From NCBI GenBank assembly GCA_963707985.1, contig CAVPRW010000019.1:1-63416 (forward strand): a stretch of 63,416 nt of DNA, written 5' to 3'. Made by a program: the position numbers and the translations under genes. This document shows, piece by piece, positions 42,959-54,189 of this stretch. This DNA comes from an uncultured Nitrospinota bacterium. Lineage in GTDB: Bacteria; Tectomicrobia; Entotheonellia; J063; CAVPRW01. Positions within the stretch are counted from its first letter, which is position 1. Each line of letters begins with the position of its first letter. The notes under the pieces were generated by a model. It saw only the letters and a program-made list of their open reading frames with translations, had not been told where the DNA came from and ran no database searches.

Positions 42959-43782
42959 CAGCGCAGGCCCTCAGATGCTCGAGAGGATGCCAGTCCGGAG
43001 CTGCCCCTACCGTTACGAGATTTGATGAGAAACTCGGTGAGCTCACGTCTAACCCGCTGGTAGACCGGATCGAGACTGAGAAGTCGTCGAGAGCGAGGGT
43101 GAGGGATCGGCACGGGGATTTCTGGGCCCAGAGTCGCACCCGGCCCTGGTGTCAAGGGATAGATCCGCTGTGCAAGCCGGATGGCCTCCTCCACGTCGTT
43201 GGTAATCATCACCACAGTCTTCCGCTGCTCCATCCAAATGCGGGCGAGCTCATCCTGGAGCAGGCCGCGGGTGAGAGCATCGAGCGCACTGAAGGGCTCA
43301 TCCAGCAAGAGTAGCTTCGGGTCCGTGGCCAGTCCGCGGGCCACGGCGACCCGCTGCCGCATGCCACCTGAGAGCTCGTGAGGCAGCTTGGTCATAGCCT
43401 CCTCGAGATGCACCAGACGCACCCATTGCTCGGTTCGCAGGCGTTTCTCATGGGGTGAGAGTCCGGCAGACACGGCGTCGACCGCCAGGTAGATGTTCTC
43501 GAACACCGTCAGCCAGGGCAGCAGCGAGTAATTTTGGAAGACGATGCCGCGATCGGGCCCCGGTCCCTGGATGGGCACCCCATCGAGCAAGAGCTCTCCT
43601 TCATCCGCTGTCATGAGGCCAGCGATCAGCGACAGCAGGGTCGTCTTCCCCGATCCGGAGTAGCCCACAATAGCGACGAACTCTCCGTGCTCCACGGCCA
43701 GGTCGATCCCCTGCAGTACCAGATAGCGGCCCTTGGGTGTTTGATAGCTCTTGCGTATATCCTGGAGCTGGAGAAGCGCCAT
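42958..43782 (-). CDS. nrtC: Nitrate ABC transporter ATP-binding protein
   Basis: GYSGSGKT, LSGGMRQR. Confidence 0.85.
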   Translation of the reverse strand: MALLQLQDIRKSYQTPKGRYLVLQGIDLAVEHGEFVAIVGYSGSGKTTLLSLIAGLMTADEGELLLDGVPIQGPGPDRGIVFQNYSLLPWLTVFENIYLAVDAVSAGLSPHEKRLRTEQWVRLVHLEEAMTKLPHELSGGMRQRVAVARGLATDPKLLLLDEPFSALDALTRGLLQDELARIWMEQRKTVVMITNDVEEAIRLAQRIYPLTPGPGATLGPEIPVPIPHPRSRRLLSLDPVYQRVRRELTEFLIKSRNGRGSSGLASSRASEGLR

Positions 43783-43794
43783 GTGCCCCCTCTG

Positions 43795-44567
43795 TTAAAC
43801 GGTGCGAAATCGCCGTTCCACCACTCCCATCAACCGGTCCAGAAGAAAGCCGATAAGGCCGATGGTGATGATCGACAGGAGAATGTGGGAATAGACGAGG
43901 CTGTTGTATTCCTGCCAAAGAAAACCACCGATGCCTGGCGCACCCGTCAGCATCTCGGAGGCCACGATGACGAGCCAGGCAATGCCAAGCGACAACCTCC
44001 AGCCGGTAAAGATGTAGGGCAGCGTGGCGGGTATAATGACCTTGCGGAGCATCTTGGCGCGAGACAGGCGCAGCACGCGCCCGACGTTCAGATAGTCCTG
44101 CGGGATACTGCGCACCCCCACGGCGGTGTTGATCACCGTCGGCCACATCGCACAAATGGCGATCGTGAACACCGCTGCCGGTTCCGACTGTCTGAAGATG
44201 ACCAATCCCAGGGGAAGCCAGGCCAGCGGCGAGATCGGCCGTAACACCTGGATCACCGGATCGAAGGCATGATAGAACGACACCGAAAGGCCAAGCAGAT
44301 AGCCCAGTAACGTCCCCACTAAGATGGCCACCAGAAACCCCTTGGCCACTCGCACGAGGCTCAGCACCGCGAAGCGGGCGATCCCCTGATTCATTTCCCC
44401 ATCTTTGAAAAACGGTCGCAGAACGTAGTCTTCGATTCTTCCCAGGTTTTCAGCGGCGACGGCAGATCGGGGGCCACAGTGTGGCTCAGGAATGTCCAGA
44501 TGAGGAGGACCAACCCAATCCCAACGAGGGGCAGGAGGTATTGCAATGGGTTGACAGGGCGGCTCAT
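43795..44567 (-). CDS. nrtB: Nitrate ABC transporter permease (frameshift near 5' end)
   Basis: LRPISPLAWLP, WPTVINTAVGV, AWLVIVASEML. Confidence 0.88.
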
Positions 44568-44579
44568 GTCGGCTCGCTC

Positions 44580-45836
44580 CTAGCTCAGGTTATGGACGGC
44601 AAACATCCGCGCGTATTGCTCAGGCTGAGCAGGGTCGAATTCGACGCCGTCGAAGAGGGTCTCCTTCTTCATGTCCTCAACGGGTGTCTCGACGCCCATC
44701 TCCTTGGCCATCTCGCGGAAAATGTCCGGCCGATGCACGCGGTTGACGAGGCCGGTGTAGTCCAGCTCTTCTTTCGCCATCCCCCAGCGTCGGAACTGGC
44801 TGAGCCACCAGATCCCGTGTGACTTCCAGGGAAAATTGGTTTGCGATCGAAGAAGGTCATGTAGAACGGATCCTGCTCTGACGGGCGTCCGTCGCCATAG
44901 TCGTATTGCCCCAGCAGGCGCCCTAGGATGACCTCCTTCTGTGTATTGATATATTGCGGGCGCGCCACCACCTCGGCCACGTGCGGTCGATTGTCCAGCT
45001 TGTCGATGTACTGACTGGCCTCCAGTACAGCCCGCAGCAGCGCCTGCACCGTCTTCGGATTGTTCGCGGCGAACTCCTCGGTCAAGCCAAACACTTTTTC
45101 CGGATGGTCGCGCCAGATCTGCTGCGTCGTGATGGCCGTGAAGCCGATGCCGTCGGCGATGGCCCGGGCATTCCAGGGCTCCCCGACGCAGAAGCCGTCC
45201 ATCTTGCCGACCTTCATATTGGCCACCATTTGGGGTGGCGGGATGGTGATCAGGGTGACGTCTTTGTCCGGGTTGATTCCTCCAGCCCCGAGCCAATAGC
45301 GGGTCCACATCGCATGGGTCCCAGGTGGAAATGTCATCGCAAAAGTCATCGGCTTGCCGGCGCGCTTGGCCTCCTCGGCGAGAGGCTTGAGCGTCTGTGG
45401 CGTCCTGACCCCTTTGGCCAACAAATCCTTCGTGAGTGTGATCGCTTGGCCGTTACGGTTCAGGTAGAAGGGAATGATCATCGGCTTCACCGGGGACCCC
45501 AAGAGCCCCATGGTGGAAGCGTACGGCATGCCAAGGAGGAGATGTGTCGCCTGATTTTCGCCCAGGGTTAAGCGATCACGAATCACAGCCCAGGAGGCTT
45601 CCTTGGAGATGGTCGATTCGATCCCATATTTCTTGAAGAGCCCCAATTCGTGGGCCATGACGATGGAAGAACAGTCCGTGAGCGCGATGATACCAATACG
45701 CACCTTGGGAGTCTCCGGCCCATCCCCAGCATAGGCCCCTCCCACCCAACCGTGCGGCAGACCGGCCAGCAGAAGGGCTAGTGTTCCTGTCGCCGAGGTC
45801 GTCAGGAAATCCCTCCGCGTCTGCGGCAACTGCCAT
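44580..45836 (-). CDS. nrtA: CmpA/NrtA-family substrate-binding protein (frameshifted)
   Basis: Tat RRDFL, IALTDC, FAMTFPPGTH, GFCVGEPWN, HPEK. Confidence 0.9.
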
Positions 45837-46059
45837 GGCCGCTGGGGTTGCCCTGAAGTTGTAACAGGAGGCTGCGTTAGTCGAGCGTCTTCTGGGTCGT
45901 ATCTCTGCAGGTGCGTCTTCAGTGAGCGGCTCCGTTCAGAGGCAAGCGGCGCTGCGCTTGCATTGGTAACTGCCTATTACGGCGTTCTGGATGGCGACGA
46001 CCTGCGCAAATCGCGCCACATCAGCGGGACTACTACGGGTAGCGTGGGTAGCAGTGTGA

Positions 46060-46076
46060 TGCACAGTCAGTGCCAA
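46060..46076 (-). promoter_or_regulatory. Sigma54-type promoter of the nitrate operon
   Basis: TTGGCACTGACTGTGCA, GG-N10-GC. Confidence 0.65.
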
Positions 46077-46504
46077 TATGCCCTGATGGCAACCCAACAC
46101 GACTAAGTGTCTGTAACATCATGTCAATAATCAATCATTGTGAATGCAACACTTGCCCGCGCGTCCAAACATGCCACCTTGAACTGTTGTTCTAGCAACA
46201 ATTGGTCAGCAGATTGCGTCTCTGACAACAGAGTCTAAGGGGTAGGCACTGCATAGATGGGGACTCAAGCGGACCATCCGTTTCGAACATCTTTTTTGTA
46301 GAGACCGTAACAGAGCGTCTGAGCCGTGGCGTTACCGGCATGGGCATGCACGAGGACCTCCTGATCGATAGTCTTCGTGACGCCATGGCGATGGCTCTCA
46401 TTGTTGGATGACCAGGTGTGGGAGATAGTCTGCCCCCTGCCCTGACCACACAGCCACCGCCAGCGGTGTCAGGTGCACACGGCCCAGCCAACATGCGTTG
46501 GATG

Positions 46505-46909
46505 CTACGGATCCAGCAACACTTCTTGCGCATGCATGGTGTCGAGATACTCGCGTACGGACTGAATCTTGCTGTCGCGGATCTCAAACAGGAAGTGATA
46601 CAGGTTGTTGTAGATTTTGCCGCTGGCCGTTTCCCCATACGATTCGGCTTCTACTGCCACCCGGTCGCCCTCGGCCGTGAGGCCCTTCGGGGTCACGCGC
46701 AGCCCCTTGGGCATCGCCGCACCGATCCCGTTGAGCAGCTCCGCAAACTGCGTCTTGGTCTTGCTTCCAGCCAGCGCAAACTTGTCTGGCTTGCCCGCAA
46801 CCCACCAGGTGGCGCTGTCACCCATCAGCGCCAAGGCGGCATCAACCTTGCCACCTGAGAGGTTTTCAAAGAAGCTCAGGACCACATGCTTGTTCGTCTC
46901 TGCACTCAT
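46505..46909 (-). CDS. SnoaL/NTF2-like protein
   Basis: AEGDRVAVE..YNNLY..VREYLDT. Confidence 0.88.
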   Translation of the reverse strand: MSAETNKHVVLSFFENLSGGKVDAALALMGDSATWWVAGKPDKFALAGSKTKTQFAELLNGIGAAMPKGLRVTPKGLTAEGDRVAVEAESYGETASGKIYNNLYHFLFEIRDSKIQSVREYLDTMHAQEVLLDP

Positions 46910-47149
46910 CGAATCTCTCCTTTGCGCGGACCGCTTCACGGCACGCGGTTAGGGTGTACCTCTTCTCTGTAGCGTCCACCTTGACTGTGCTATCCATGCT
47001 AGTCCGAGACTACCACAAGTCGTCAGGGCACAGGTCGTGAACGTGCTGGGAGGTAGTGCGCCGGGATACAGGGTCAGTACACGATCTCCAACCTCGCGGC
47101 CGGATCGGCAGGGTGCCGTTTGTCGTGCTGTGCCCCTGGTGGGGTCGAG

Positions 47150-47390
47150 GGCAAGCGGGTCTGCTGAATGAGCTTGAGGGCTCCCTGAACCACGCGGGCA
47201 CGAATGGCCGGGATTGACAGGACGCGGACCTTCTGCCCTCCGTCCTTTGGGATCGCCTGCCGCCGATTCCACCTAGGGAGACACGTGTACGTGACCAGTC
47301 CGTCCCAAATCTGCTGCAGGAACGCTTCCACGCCGCTGGCCTCAAAGGCCTCGAATGTCACCCCAGCAATGCCCGGGGCAGGCGCGCGGC
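47150..47390 (-). pseudogene. Third group II intron RT fragment
   Basis: APGIAGVTFE..IPKDGG.KVRVLSIPAIR.RVVQGALKLI. Confidence 0.75.
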
Positions 47391-47515
47391 CTCGCTTGAC
47401 ATGCAAGGGAGGTCTCCGTACAATTGAACCGGTCTAGCGTTATTTCCTGGCTGGTTGATTGATCTGGGCCAGATATCTAGAGCATACTAAGCAGACTCAG
47501 GCCATGGAGATGTTC

Positions 47516-48259
47516 ATGAGAGTAGGTCGTGTCCCTTATCTCCACGCTGAGCCCTTCTACTTCGACATGGCGCGCCGCGGCATCGAGTTGTATGAGATGG
47601 TGCCTCGCGCCTTGGTCACTGCGGCCGAAGACGGGGACATCGATGCCGGACCAATGCCTCTGGCCGACTGCTTCCGTCTGGAAGATCGCTTTCAGCCTGT
47701 GGGCGGTTTTTGCGTCGCCAGCGTCAAGGAAGCGGGGAGCATCCTTCTCTTCTCCACCGTGCCCATTGCGGAGCTTGGTGGCGTTCACATCGGCGTCACC
47801 GATGAGGCCTCCAGTGCTCTTACGCTCCTACAAGTTCTGCTGCGGCTAAAGTACATAGTGGAGCCGAAGGCGTTTGTGTCTCTCGACGCCGCCTACGATG
47901 CCTTCCTCCTCATCGGCAATCAAGCCCTGCGCCAGCGCATGGGCACACCAGGTTTTCGCTACACCTACGACTTGGGAGCCGAATGGCATGCATGGACAGG
48001 CTTGCCTTGGGTCTTCTGCCGTTGGATGGTGCGGAAGGACATCGCGCCCAAGGACAGGGCTCTGCTCGAGGATACGCTATATGTGGGCCTCGAAGAGGGG
48101 GTGAACGCCCTGTATGCTATAGCTGATCCGCGAGAGGATCTACTCATGCTGCCGCGCGACATTGTCACGTATATTCAAGGGTTGAGGTACCATATTGGAC
48201 ACGCTGAACAGCGGGCCGTCGAGCAGTTTCGTCACCATCTGGATCAGCTCCATCCCTAA
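47516..48259 (+). CDS. mqnA: Chorismate dehydratase (futalosine pathway)
   Basis: RVGRVPYL.AEP, LLIGNQAL, YDLGAEW..WTGLP. Confidence 0.82.
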   Translation: MRVGRVPYLHAEPFYFDMARRGIELYEMVPRALVTAAEDGDIDAGPMPLADCFRLEDRFQPVGGFCVASVKEAGSILLFSTVPIAELGGVHIGVTDEASSALTLLQVLLRLKYIVEPKAFVSLDAAYDAFLLIGNQALRQRMGTPGFRYTYDLGAEWHAWTGLPWVFCRWMVRKDIAPKDRALLEDTLYVGLEEGVNALYAIADPREDLLMLPRDIVTYIQGLRYHIGHAEQRAVEQFRHHLDQLHP

Positions 48260-48299
48260 TGAACTCCATGAATGATGACAGCTCCCCCTGTCCATCACT

Positions 48300-48555
48300 A
48301 TGGAAGCTTTGACCGTTGAGCACATCAGCCGCAATTCCGGTGGGATTCGAGCCCTGGATGATGTCAGCCTGCACGCCAGCGCTGGTGAGATCCTGGCCAT
48401 CATTGGCCCAAACGGGGCAGGCCAAGACTACGCTGATCAACGGCATCAGAGGGGGGTATCATCCCGACCGTGGACGCATCCTGGTCGAGAACCGCGACAT
48501 CACCTACTTGAAATCTCACAAGATTGCCCGCCTGGGTATTGCCCGCACCTTCGGG
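48300..48555 (+). pseudogene. LivG-like ABC ATPase fragment
   Basis: GGIRALDDVS..IIGPNGAG..KTTLIN..IARLGIARTF. Confidence 0.7.
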
Positions 48556-48638
48556 TTGCAAGTTGCTCGCGAATTACCTATGATGGGCTTATCGCCATCG
48601 CAGAACGAACGTGGCATCTGGAGGGGATCTATTGGGAC

Positions 48639-49313
48639 ATGGGCAAGCGAAAAAAGGTTGTTGACGCCAAACTCAGACGGAGATTTCAAGATTCCTTGCT
48701 CACCTGGTATGCAGCGAATAAGCGTGCCCTCCCATGGCGCAATACCTCCGACCCCTATAACATTCTCGTGTCCGAGATCATGTTACAGCAGACTCAAGTC
48801 GATCGTGTCATCCCCAAATATGAAGAGTTCCTGCAAAAATATCCTACCCTCGAAGCGCTGGCCAGTGCACCGGTCGACGAGGTACGACAGACCTGGTATC
48901 CATTGGGCTATAATATCCGGCCGTTGCGCTTACACAGTATCGCCCGAGAGGCAGTTGAGAAATACGGCGGCAAGATTCCCGATGATCCTGAGGCCTTGCA
49001 AAGTTTGAAAGGCATCGGGCGTTATACGGCTGGAGCCGTATTGAGCTTTGCCTTCGGTCGCGAGGCCCCGATCCTTGACACCAATGTTCGCAGGGTGCTG
49101 CACCGGGTTTTCTTCGGTGAGGGAGATGCCAAACGCTACAGCCTCCAGAAGGATCTCTGGGAGCTGTCCGAGGCGCTCATTCCGTCTGGGAAGGTGTATG
49201 ATTTTAATCAAGCGTTGATGGATTTCGGGGCGACCGTATGCACGGCACGGAAGCCGCTGTGCCTCCTCTGCCCCATGCAGGACTTCTGTAAGGCCTTCCC
49301 CTGCTCGCCCTAG
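48639..49313 (+). CDS. mutY: A/G-specific adenine glycosylase (short form, no C-terminal NUDIX domain)
   Basis: LPWR..PYNILVSEIMLQQTQV, LKGIGRYTAGA, C-X6-C-X2-C-X5-C. Confidence 0.88.
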   Translation: MGKRKKVVDAKLRRRFQDSLLTWYAANKRALPWRNTSDPYNILVSEIMLQQTQVDRVIPKYEEFLQKYPTLEALASAPVDEVRQTWYPLGYNIRPLRLHSIAREAVEKYGGKIPDDPEALQSLKGIGRYTAGAVLSFAFGREAPILDTNVRRVLHRVFFGEGDAKRYSLQKDLWELSEALIPSGKVYDFNQALMDFGATVCTARKPLCLLCPMQDFCKAFPCSP

Positions 49314-49541
49314 GCCCATGAACCCCGAAAATCTACCACCTGGACATTCAACCGGTCTCTTGTTATGCTGAAGTCGTTGAAGTCCACGTAGTTCATTCCT
49401 TTTTTCGCTTCACGACCGTAAAGCCTACAACCTATATGGGCTGAAGACCTGGGGGAGGTTTTCCTAGGAAGCACAGATGAGGCGATCCGACCTTCGTTGC
49501 TTGAGGGGCGCCAATCTTTTGTGTGCTGAAGGGTTGAGCGT

Positions 49542-49832
49542 ATGGCCATAAACCAAGGCGTGAAAGCAAAGCGCGAGGACATCCTTCGTATTGCGGCAAG
49601 ATATGGGGCGCGTAATGTGCGTCTATTTGGCTCGCGAGCGAGAGGGGACGCCTGATCGGACTCTGATGTAGATTTTCTTGTGGATATGCCTTCTGGGTGC
49701 AGCCTCCTCGATGTTGGCCGGCTGATGATGGATCTTCAGGACGTCCTGGGGTGCAAAGTAGATGTGGTAGAGCCGGAGGGATTGCACTAGTACATCCGAG
49801 ATAGGGTACTCAAAGAAGCAGTCCCGCTGTGA
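49542..49832 (+). pseudogene. Minimal nucleotidyltransferase (MNT) antitoxin with two stops; HEPN partner reduced to a stub
   Basis: [29 protein letters not shown]. Confidence 0.8.
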
Positions 49833-49848
49833 AAGACGATCGGCTTTA

Positions 49849-51391
49849 ATGGAGCGGCTATCATATGAGCTGGTGACCTCACTCAGGAAGAAATCGGCGT
49901 TCTTGCTCCATACGTGACCAACATCGATCGGCCAATCTACGCCCTGAAAAATTTGCCCGAAGAAGTCGTGGCCGTGTTGTTCGCATACTATAGCCGGAGT
50001 CGGGAGAGCTTGCGGAGCAATTTGTTGAAGCTCGTTCAGGAACGTGACGTCGACCTTGATACACAGCTCAGGCGATCTTCGCTCGAGGCAGGAGATCTTA
50101 CCACAGCCCAGGAGAAAGCCCGGCAATTTCATGAGAAATGGGTCGTGGGCTACGGGCACGCCTCGGTAGCAGAGCATGCTGTGGTGCATCTGGCCATCGA
50201 GGATGTGTCGATCATCGCGACCAAGATCATCGAGGATACCCGCCTGGCTTCGTATACGGAGAAATCGACGCGGTACGTCCTCTTCGATGGTGAGAAGTTC
50301 TGCCGCGTCCCGCGCCTCATGCAGTCGCCGCAGGCGACGCTCTACGAGAACACCGTGCGGTTGCTGCTCAACACCTATGTCGCGCTGGTCCCACAGGTGG
50401 TCGATTGCATCAAGTCGCGTGTGCCGCGGCGGTCCACTCAGGGCGAACGTGTCTATGAGATGGCCTGTCATGCGAAGGCCTACGACCTGTTGCGTTACTT
50501 GCTTCCAGCCGCGACATTGACCAACCTGGGCTTGACCATCAATGCCCGCGCGCTTAGAACATCTGCTGACCAAGCTCTTGTCAGACCCACTCGAAGAAGT
50601 GCGCGAGATCGGCATAGCGATGAAGCGTGAGGCGGAGAAGGTGGTGCCGACGTTGCTCAAGTATGCCAGTCACAATGCCTATCTGGCAGAAACCGATCAG
50701 GCCATGCGACAACTCGGCCAGGAGGTGTTGACCGGGAGTACCGCCATGGAAACGCCGGCCGTGACATTAGTGCGTTTCCCTGTGGATGCGGAGGACCAGC
50801 TCGCGGCAGCAATTCTTTATGGGTATACAGGGGAGGCCTGGCTGCAGATCGTCGAACATATTGGCAAACTCAGCCCCGACACCCGGGCACGGATCATCGA
50901 CGAATATCTACGCCGACGGGGACCCCATGACCAGCCTCTGCGGGCTTTAGAGCATTTGTACTATACCTTCGATATCGTGCTGGACTACGGCGCCTACCGC
51001 GATATCCAGCGGCATCGCATGGCCACGCAAACGCGTCAGTTGCTGTCGACACGTTATGGATACAGCATTCCGGATGATCTCCTCGATTATGGTCTCGGCC
51101 AGGCCTTTCAGACGTGCATGGAACAGGCAGCCGATGCATACAACCGTCTCGCCGAGGCATATCCCCTGGAAGCCCAATATGTGTTGCCTCTGGCCTACCG
51201 CATGCGTGTGCTGTTTACCTGGAATCTGCGCGAGCTCTGTCACTTCATCCAGCTCCGTTCGGCCAAGCAAGGGCATTTTTCCTATCGACGCATTGCACAA
51301 CAGGTGTATGCTGAGATCGAACGGGTGCATCCCGCTCTAGCAGCGTTATATCCGTGTTGACCAAGCAGATTACCAACTCGGCAGGCTCTGA
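49849..51391 (+). CDS. thyX: Tandem-domain ThyX-like FAD-dependent thymidylate synthase (frameshifted)
   Basis: YGHASVAEH, YTEKSTRY, YRDIQRHR, NLRELCHFIQLRS. Confidence 0.82.
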
Positions 51392-51426
51392 GGCGACCCT
51401 TCAACGGTCGATGAGCAGCAACAGAG

Positions 51427-51780
51427 CTAATCCCACTCGGGCGGGCAGTAGACGATGATCTGTCCGCGCTTCACCGCCACAGGGATGACATCGAGGTATT
51501 CGCCGGGGCAGGGGCCATCAATGCACAGGCCGGTATTGGGCTCGTATGTGGCTCCATGGATGAGACAAATGAGATGGCGTTTATCACGGGTGAAAAACTC
51601 GTTGTCGACACAATCGAACGGGATCGGGATGTGGCAACAACGGTTGCTATAGGCGTAAAATCTTCCCTGGAAGTTGATCACAAAACCGTCGATCTTCGTG
51701 TCGCCGCAGGTCAGCTGAAATTTGCGGGAGGTCCCCTGGGGGATGTCGCTCGCTTGGGCAACGACTAATCCATCCTGCAT
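51427..51780 (-). CDS. Rieske [2Fe-2S] protein
   Basis: NRCCH...CLIHGA..GLCIDGPC. Confidence 0.88.
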   Translation of the reverse strand: MQDGLVVAQASDIPQGTSRKFQLTCGDTKIDGFVINFQGRFYAYSNRCCHIPIPFDCVDNEFFTRDKRHLICLIHGATYEPNTGLCIDGPCPGEYLDVIPVAVKRGQIIVYCPPEWD

Positions 51781-51903
51781 GCAGCCGTCACCATGCATCG
51801 GTTGTCCTGTGCCTCCGTCACTCGGTGCTCTACACGATACTCTAGCGGAATTTGCGCCTAACATAAGATATTACTTGAACCTTTGTAAAGAGGATTATGA
51901 CTC

Positions 51904-52713
51904 ATGTCTACAGCACTCCCCTTCCATCCATGAGCATCATCCCTCACTTCGGATGATGCTCGACTTCGCCGTCGATGCTGCCTGGCAAGCCGGGAAGATA
52001 ACTTTGGAGTATTTTCAGACCGGTACTGCTGTTGAGCAAAAGGCCGATGCGTCGCCGGTCACCCTGGCTGACCGGCGTGCAGAAGCAGAAACTGCGCGAA
52101 TGCATTCAACGCGCCTTTCCGGATCATGGTATCCTGGGCGAGGAATTCGGTGAGGTTGCCGGGACGTACCCCTTATCGTTGGGTGCTCGACCCGCTCGAC
52201 GGCACGCGTTCATTCATTCAAGGTGTGCCGATGTACGGTGTCATGATGGGTCTGGAACACCAGGGCCAACCGGTTCTCGGCGTCGTCCATCTTCCCGCGC
52301 TTGGAGAGACCGTGTATGCTGCCAGGGGAGATGGCTGTTACTGGAACGGCAGGCGTGCTCATGTTTCAACGATTTCCCAATTGGGGGAAGCTGTGGTCTT
52401 GGCCACCAGTGTGCGATCGCTGTATGAAGAAGGGCGAGGACCTGTATTTGAAAGCTTGCAGGGACAGACACGCTTGCAGCGCACTTGGGGGGATTGTTAC
52501 GGCCATATCCTGGTGGCCACGGGGCGCGCCGAGGTCATGCTCGATCCCATCTTGCAAATCTGGGATTGCGCCGCCTTGCGACCGATCCTGGAGGAAGCGG
52601 GGGGAACGTTCACGGACTGGCATGGCACACCAACCCACACCGGGGGCAATGGCCTGTCGACCAATGGACTTCTCTTTGAGGCAGTGATGGAGATCATTCG
52701 GTCAAATCCATAA
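51904..52713 (+). CDS. hisN: Histidinol-phosphatase, inositol monophosphatase family (frameshifted)
   Basis: KADASPVTLADR, GEEFG, DPLDGTRSF, WGDCYG, WDCAAL. Confidence 0.82.
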
Positions 52714-52782
52714 ACGACTGAAAATACACCATCTTCGCAGTTATCAAGTCCCCGTGAGGCTTTGATCGGAGACCAGGAAGGA

Positions 52783-53172
52783 ATGGCAAAGATGGCGCAG
52801 AATCATCTGCGGCTTGAACGGTTGGAGACGCTTCTCAGCGAGTGTCAGAATGAGTGGGAACAATTGACGGTGCTGGAGGCATTTCTCGAGGAACAGTTGG
52901 ATTTTCCCTTCAGAGCAGTCTGCGATGTCCATCCAGAGCAGGGATCGTACGCAATCGTCGCAGGCGATCGCGTCATGGTGTTTGGTCTGCTGGAGGCCGA
53001 TAACCAGTGGGGAGTCATGGTGCGGGTGCGAAAGGGCAAACGTTTCTTTCGCTGTCCCCTGTTCCGATTACTTCCCAAGAATCTTACTGTCCTCCAGAAG
53101 GAGGCGGTGAACGATTATCGCGCCTGGTTCCGAACCGTGGGATTGCCGGAAATTGTTGAATTGGATGAATGA
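52783..53172 (+). CDS. CcbP-like (calcium-binding family) protein
   Basis: LEEQLDFPFRA..V.V.G..G..PL..AVNDYRAW. Confidence 0.6.
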   Translation: MAKMAQNHLRLERLETLLSECQNEWEQLTVLEAFLEEQLDFPFRAVCDVHPEQGSYAIVAGDRVMVFGLLEADNQWGVMVRVRKGKRFFRCPLFRLLPKNLTVLQKEAVNDYRAWFRTVGLPEIVELDE

Positions 53173-53352
53173 TTGCCATTTCCCACGTCCATGACACGAG
53201 GGATGTGTTGCACCGGGGGTGGCCTGAGCTTGCAGGCAAAAAACAGCTCGAATCGAAGGCCATAGCGTTACGAAGCGGACGGGCACGATCGATTCCGGAG
53301 TCGTTGTTTTGCAGGGAACGGTAACGCAGCGCAAACCAGGAACGGACTGCAC

Positions 53353-53745
53353 ATGATCACTGTGGCTGCTGGTATTCTTCAACAGGATGGACGTATCCTG
53401 ATCTGTCAGCGGAAGCACACTGGCGTGTTCCCGCTTCAATGGGAGTTTCCCGGGGGTAAAGTTGAACCCGGCGAGGATGCGCGGACCTGCGTCAAGCGGG
53501 AGCTTCAAGAGGAATTGGCTATCGAGGCAGACATCGGGCCGGAGATTTCTGCCTTTGAATATACCTACCCCAACGGCTTCCAGGTGAGCCTCGTGTTCTT
53601 TCGGGTCAGCGGCTACACCGGAGAGATGGCAAATCAAGCCTTTGAGCGGATCCTCTGGGTCGATCCCGGCGAGCTGCCGACCTACGATTTTTTAGAAGCC
53701 GACCGAGCTCTGGTGGCTCGTATCGCGCGCGGGGAACTGATGTAA
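53353..53745 (+). CDS. MutT-like NUDIX pyrophosphohydrolase
   Basis: WEFPGGKVEPGE..RELQEEL, FLEAD. Confidence 0.88.
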   Translation: MITVAAGILQQDGRILICQRKHTGVFPLQWEFPGGKVEPGEDARTCVKRELQEELAIEADIGPEISAFEYTYPNGFQVSLVFFRVSGYTGEMANQAFERILWVDPGELPTYDFLEADRALVARIARGELM

Positions 53746-54189
53746 AAGGTGTACCCGCCAGCCCTCGTGAGGCCACCCTGGGTGAGAGTGGGCGACAGAT
53801 CCCCTGCAAACATGACCATGACTTCCTTTACATCAGTGGGGAATTCCGCCGGCTTACCTGCACCTCTCCGCAGGCCGTCGCCTGCTATTGGCCATGAGGC
53901 CGAAATTCTCGACGTCTAAGATCCGTGTTTGGGCTATTATGCTGAAAAATTTCCATATAAGCCGCCCCAACGGAAGATTAGATTGACATCTCGCGCAGGG
54001 CTGTTGGCAGGGTTATGTGGAAAAACTTCCATATACTCAAGCGTTGAACGAAACCGCTGCGCGGTAGTAGGCTAGTCTCACCCACCCCAGGTGCTGCCTT
54101 CCATGCTTTCGTCCCTCATGCGGAGCGGTCATGTATCTTGCTGATGCGTGTGAACGATTTGGACCCATGGGATTCACCACGAACAGGAG

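Noticed and set aside
37290..47390. Retron, DGR or defence reverse transcriptases
   Set aside because: Both fragments match group II intron IEP motifs and are decayed; no msr-msd or TR/VR pair seen
48300..49313. ABC ATPase-MutY fusion (337-aa ORF)
   Set aside because: The upstream part is a frameshifted LivG stub; MutY plausibly starts at 48639
43795..52713. Pseudogenisation or programmed frameshifting of nrtA, nrtB, thyX and hisN
   Set aside because: Isolated single-base indels in otherwise well-conserved genes fit sequencing error better; needs reads to decide
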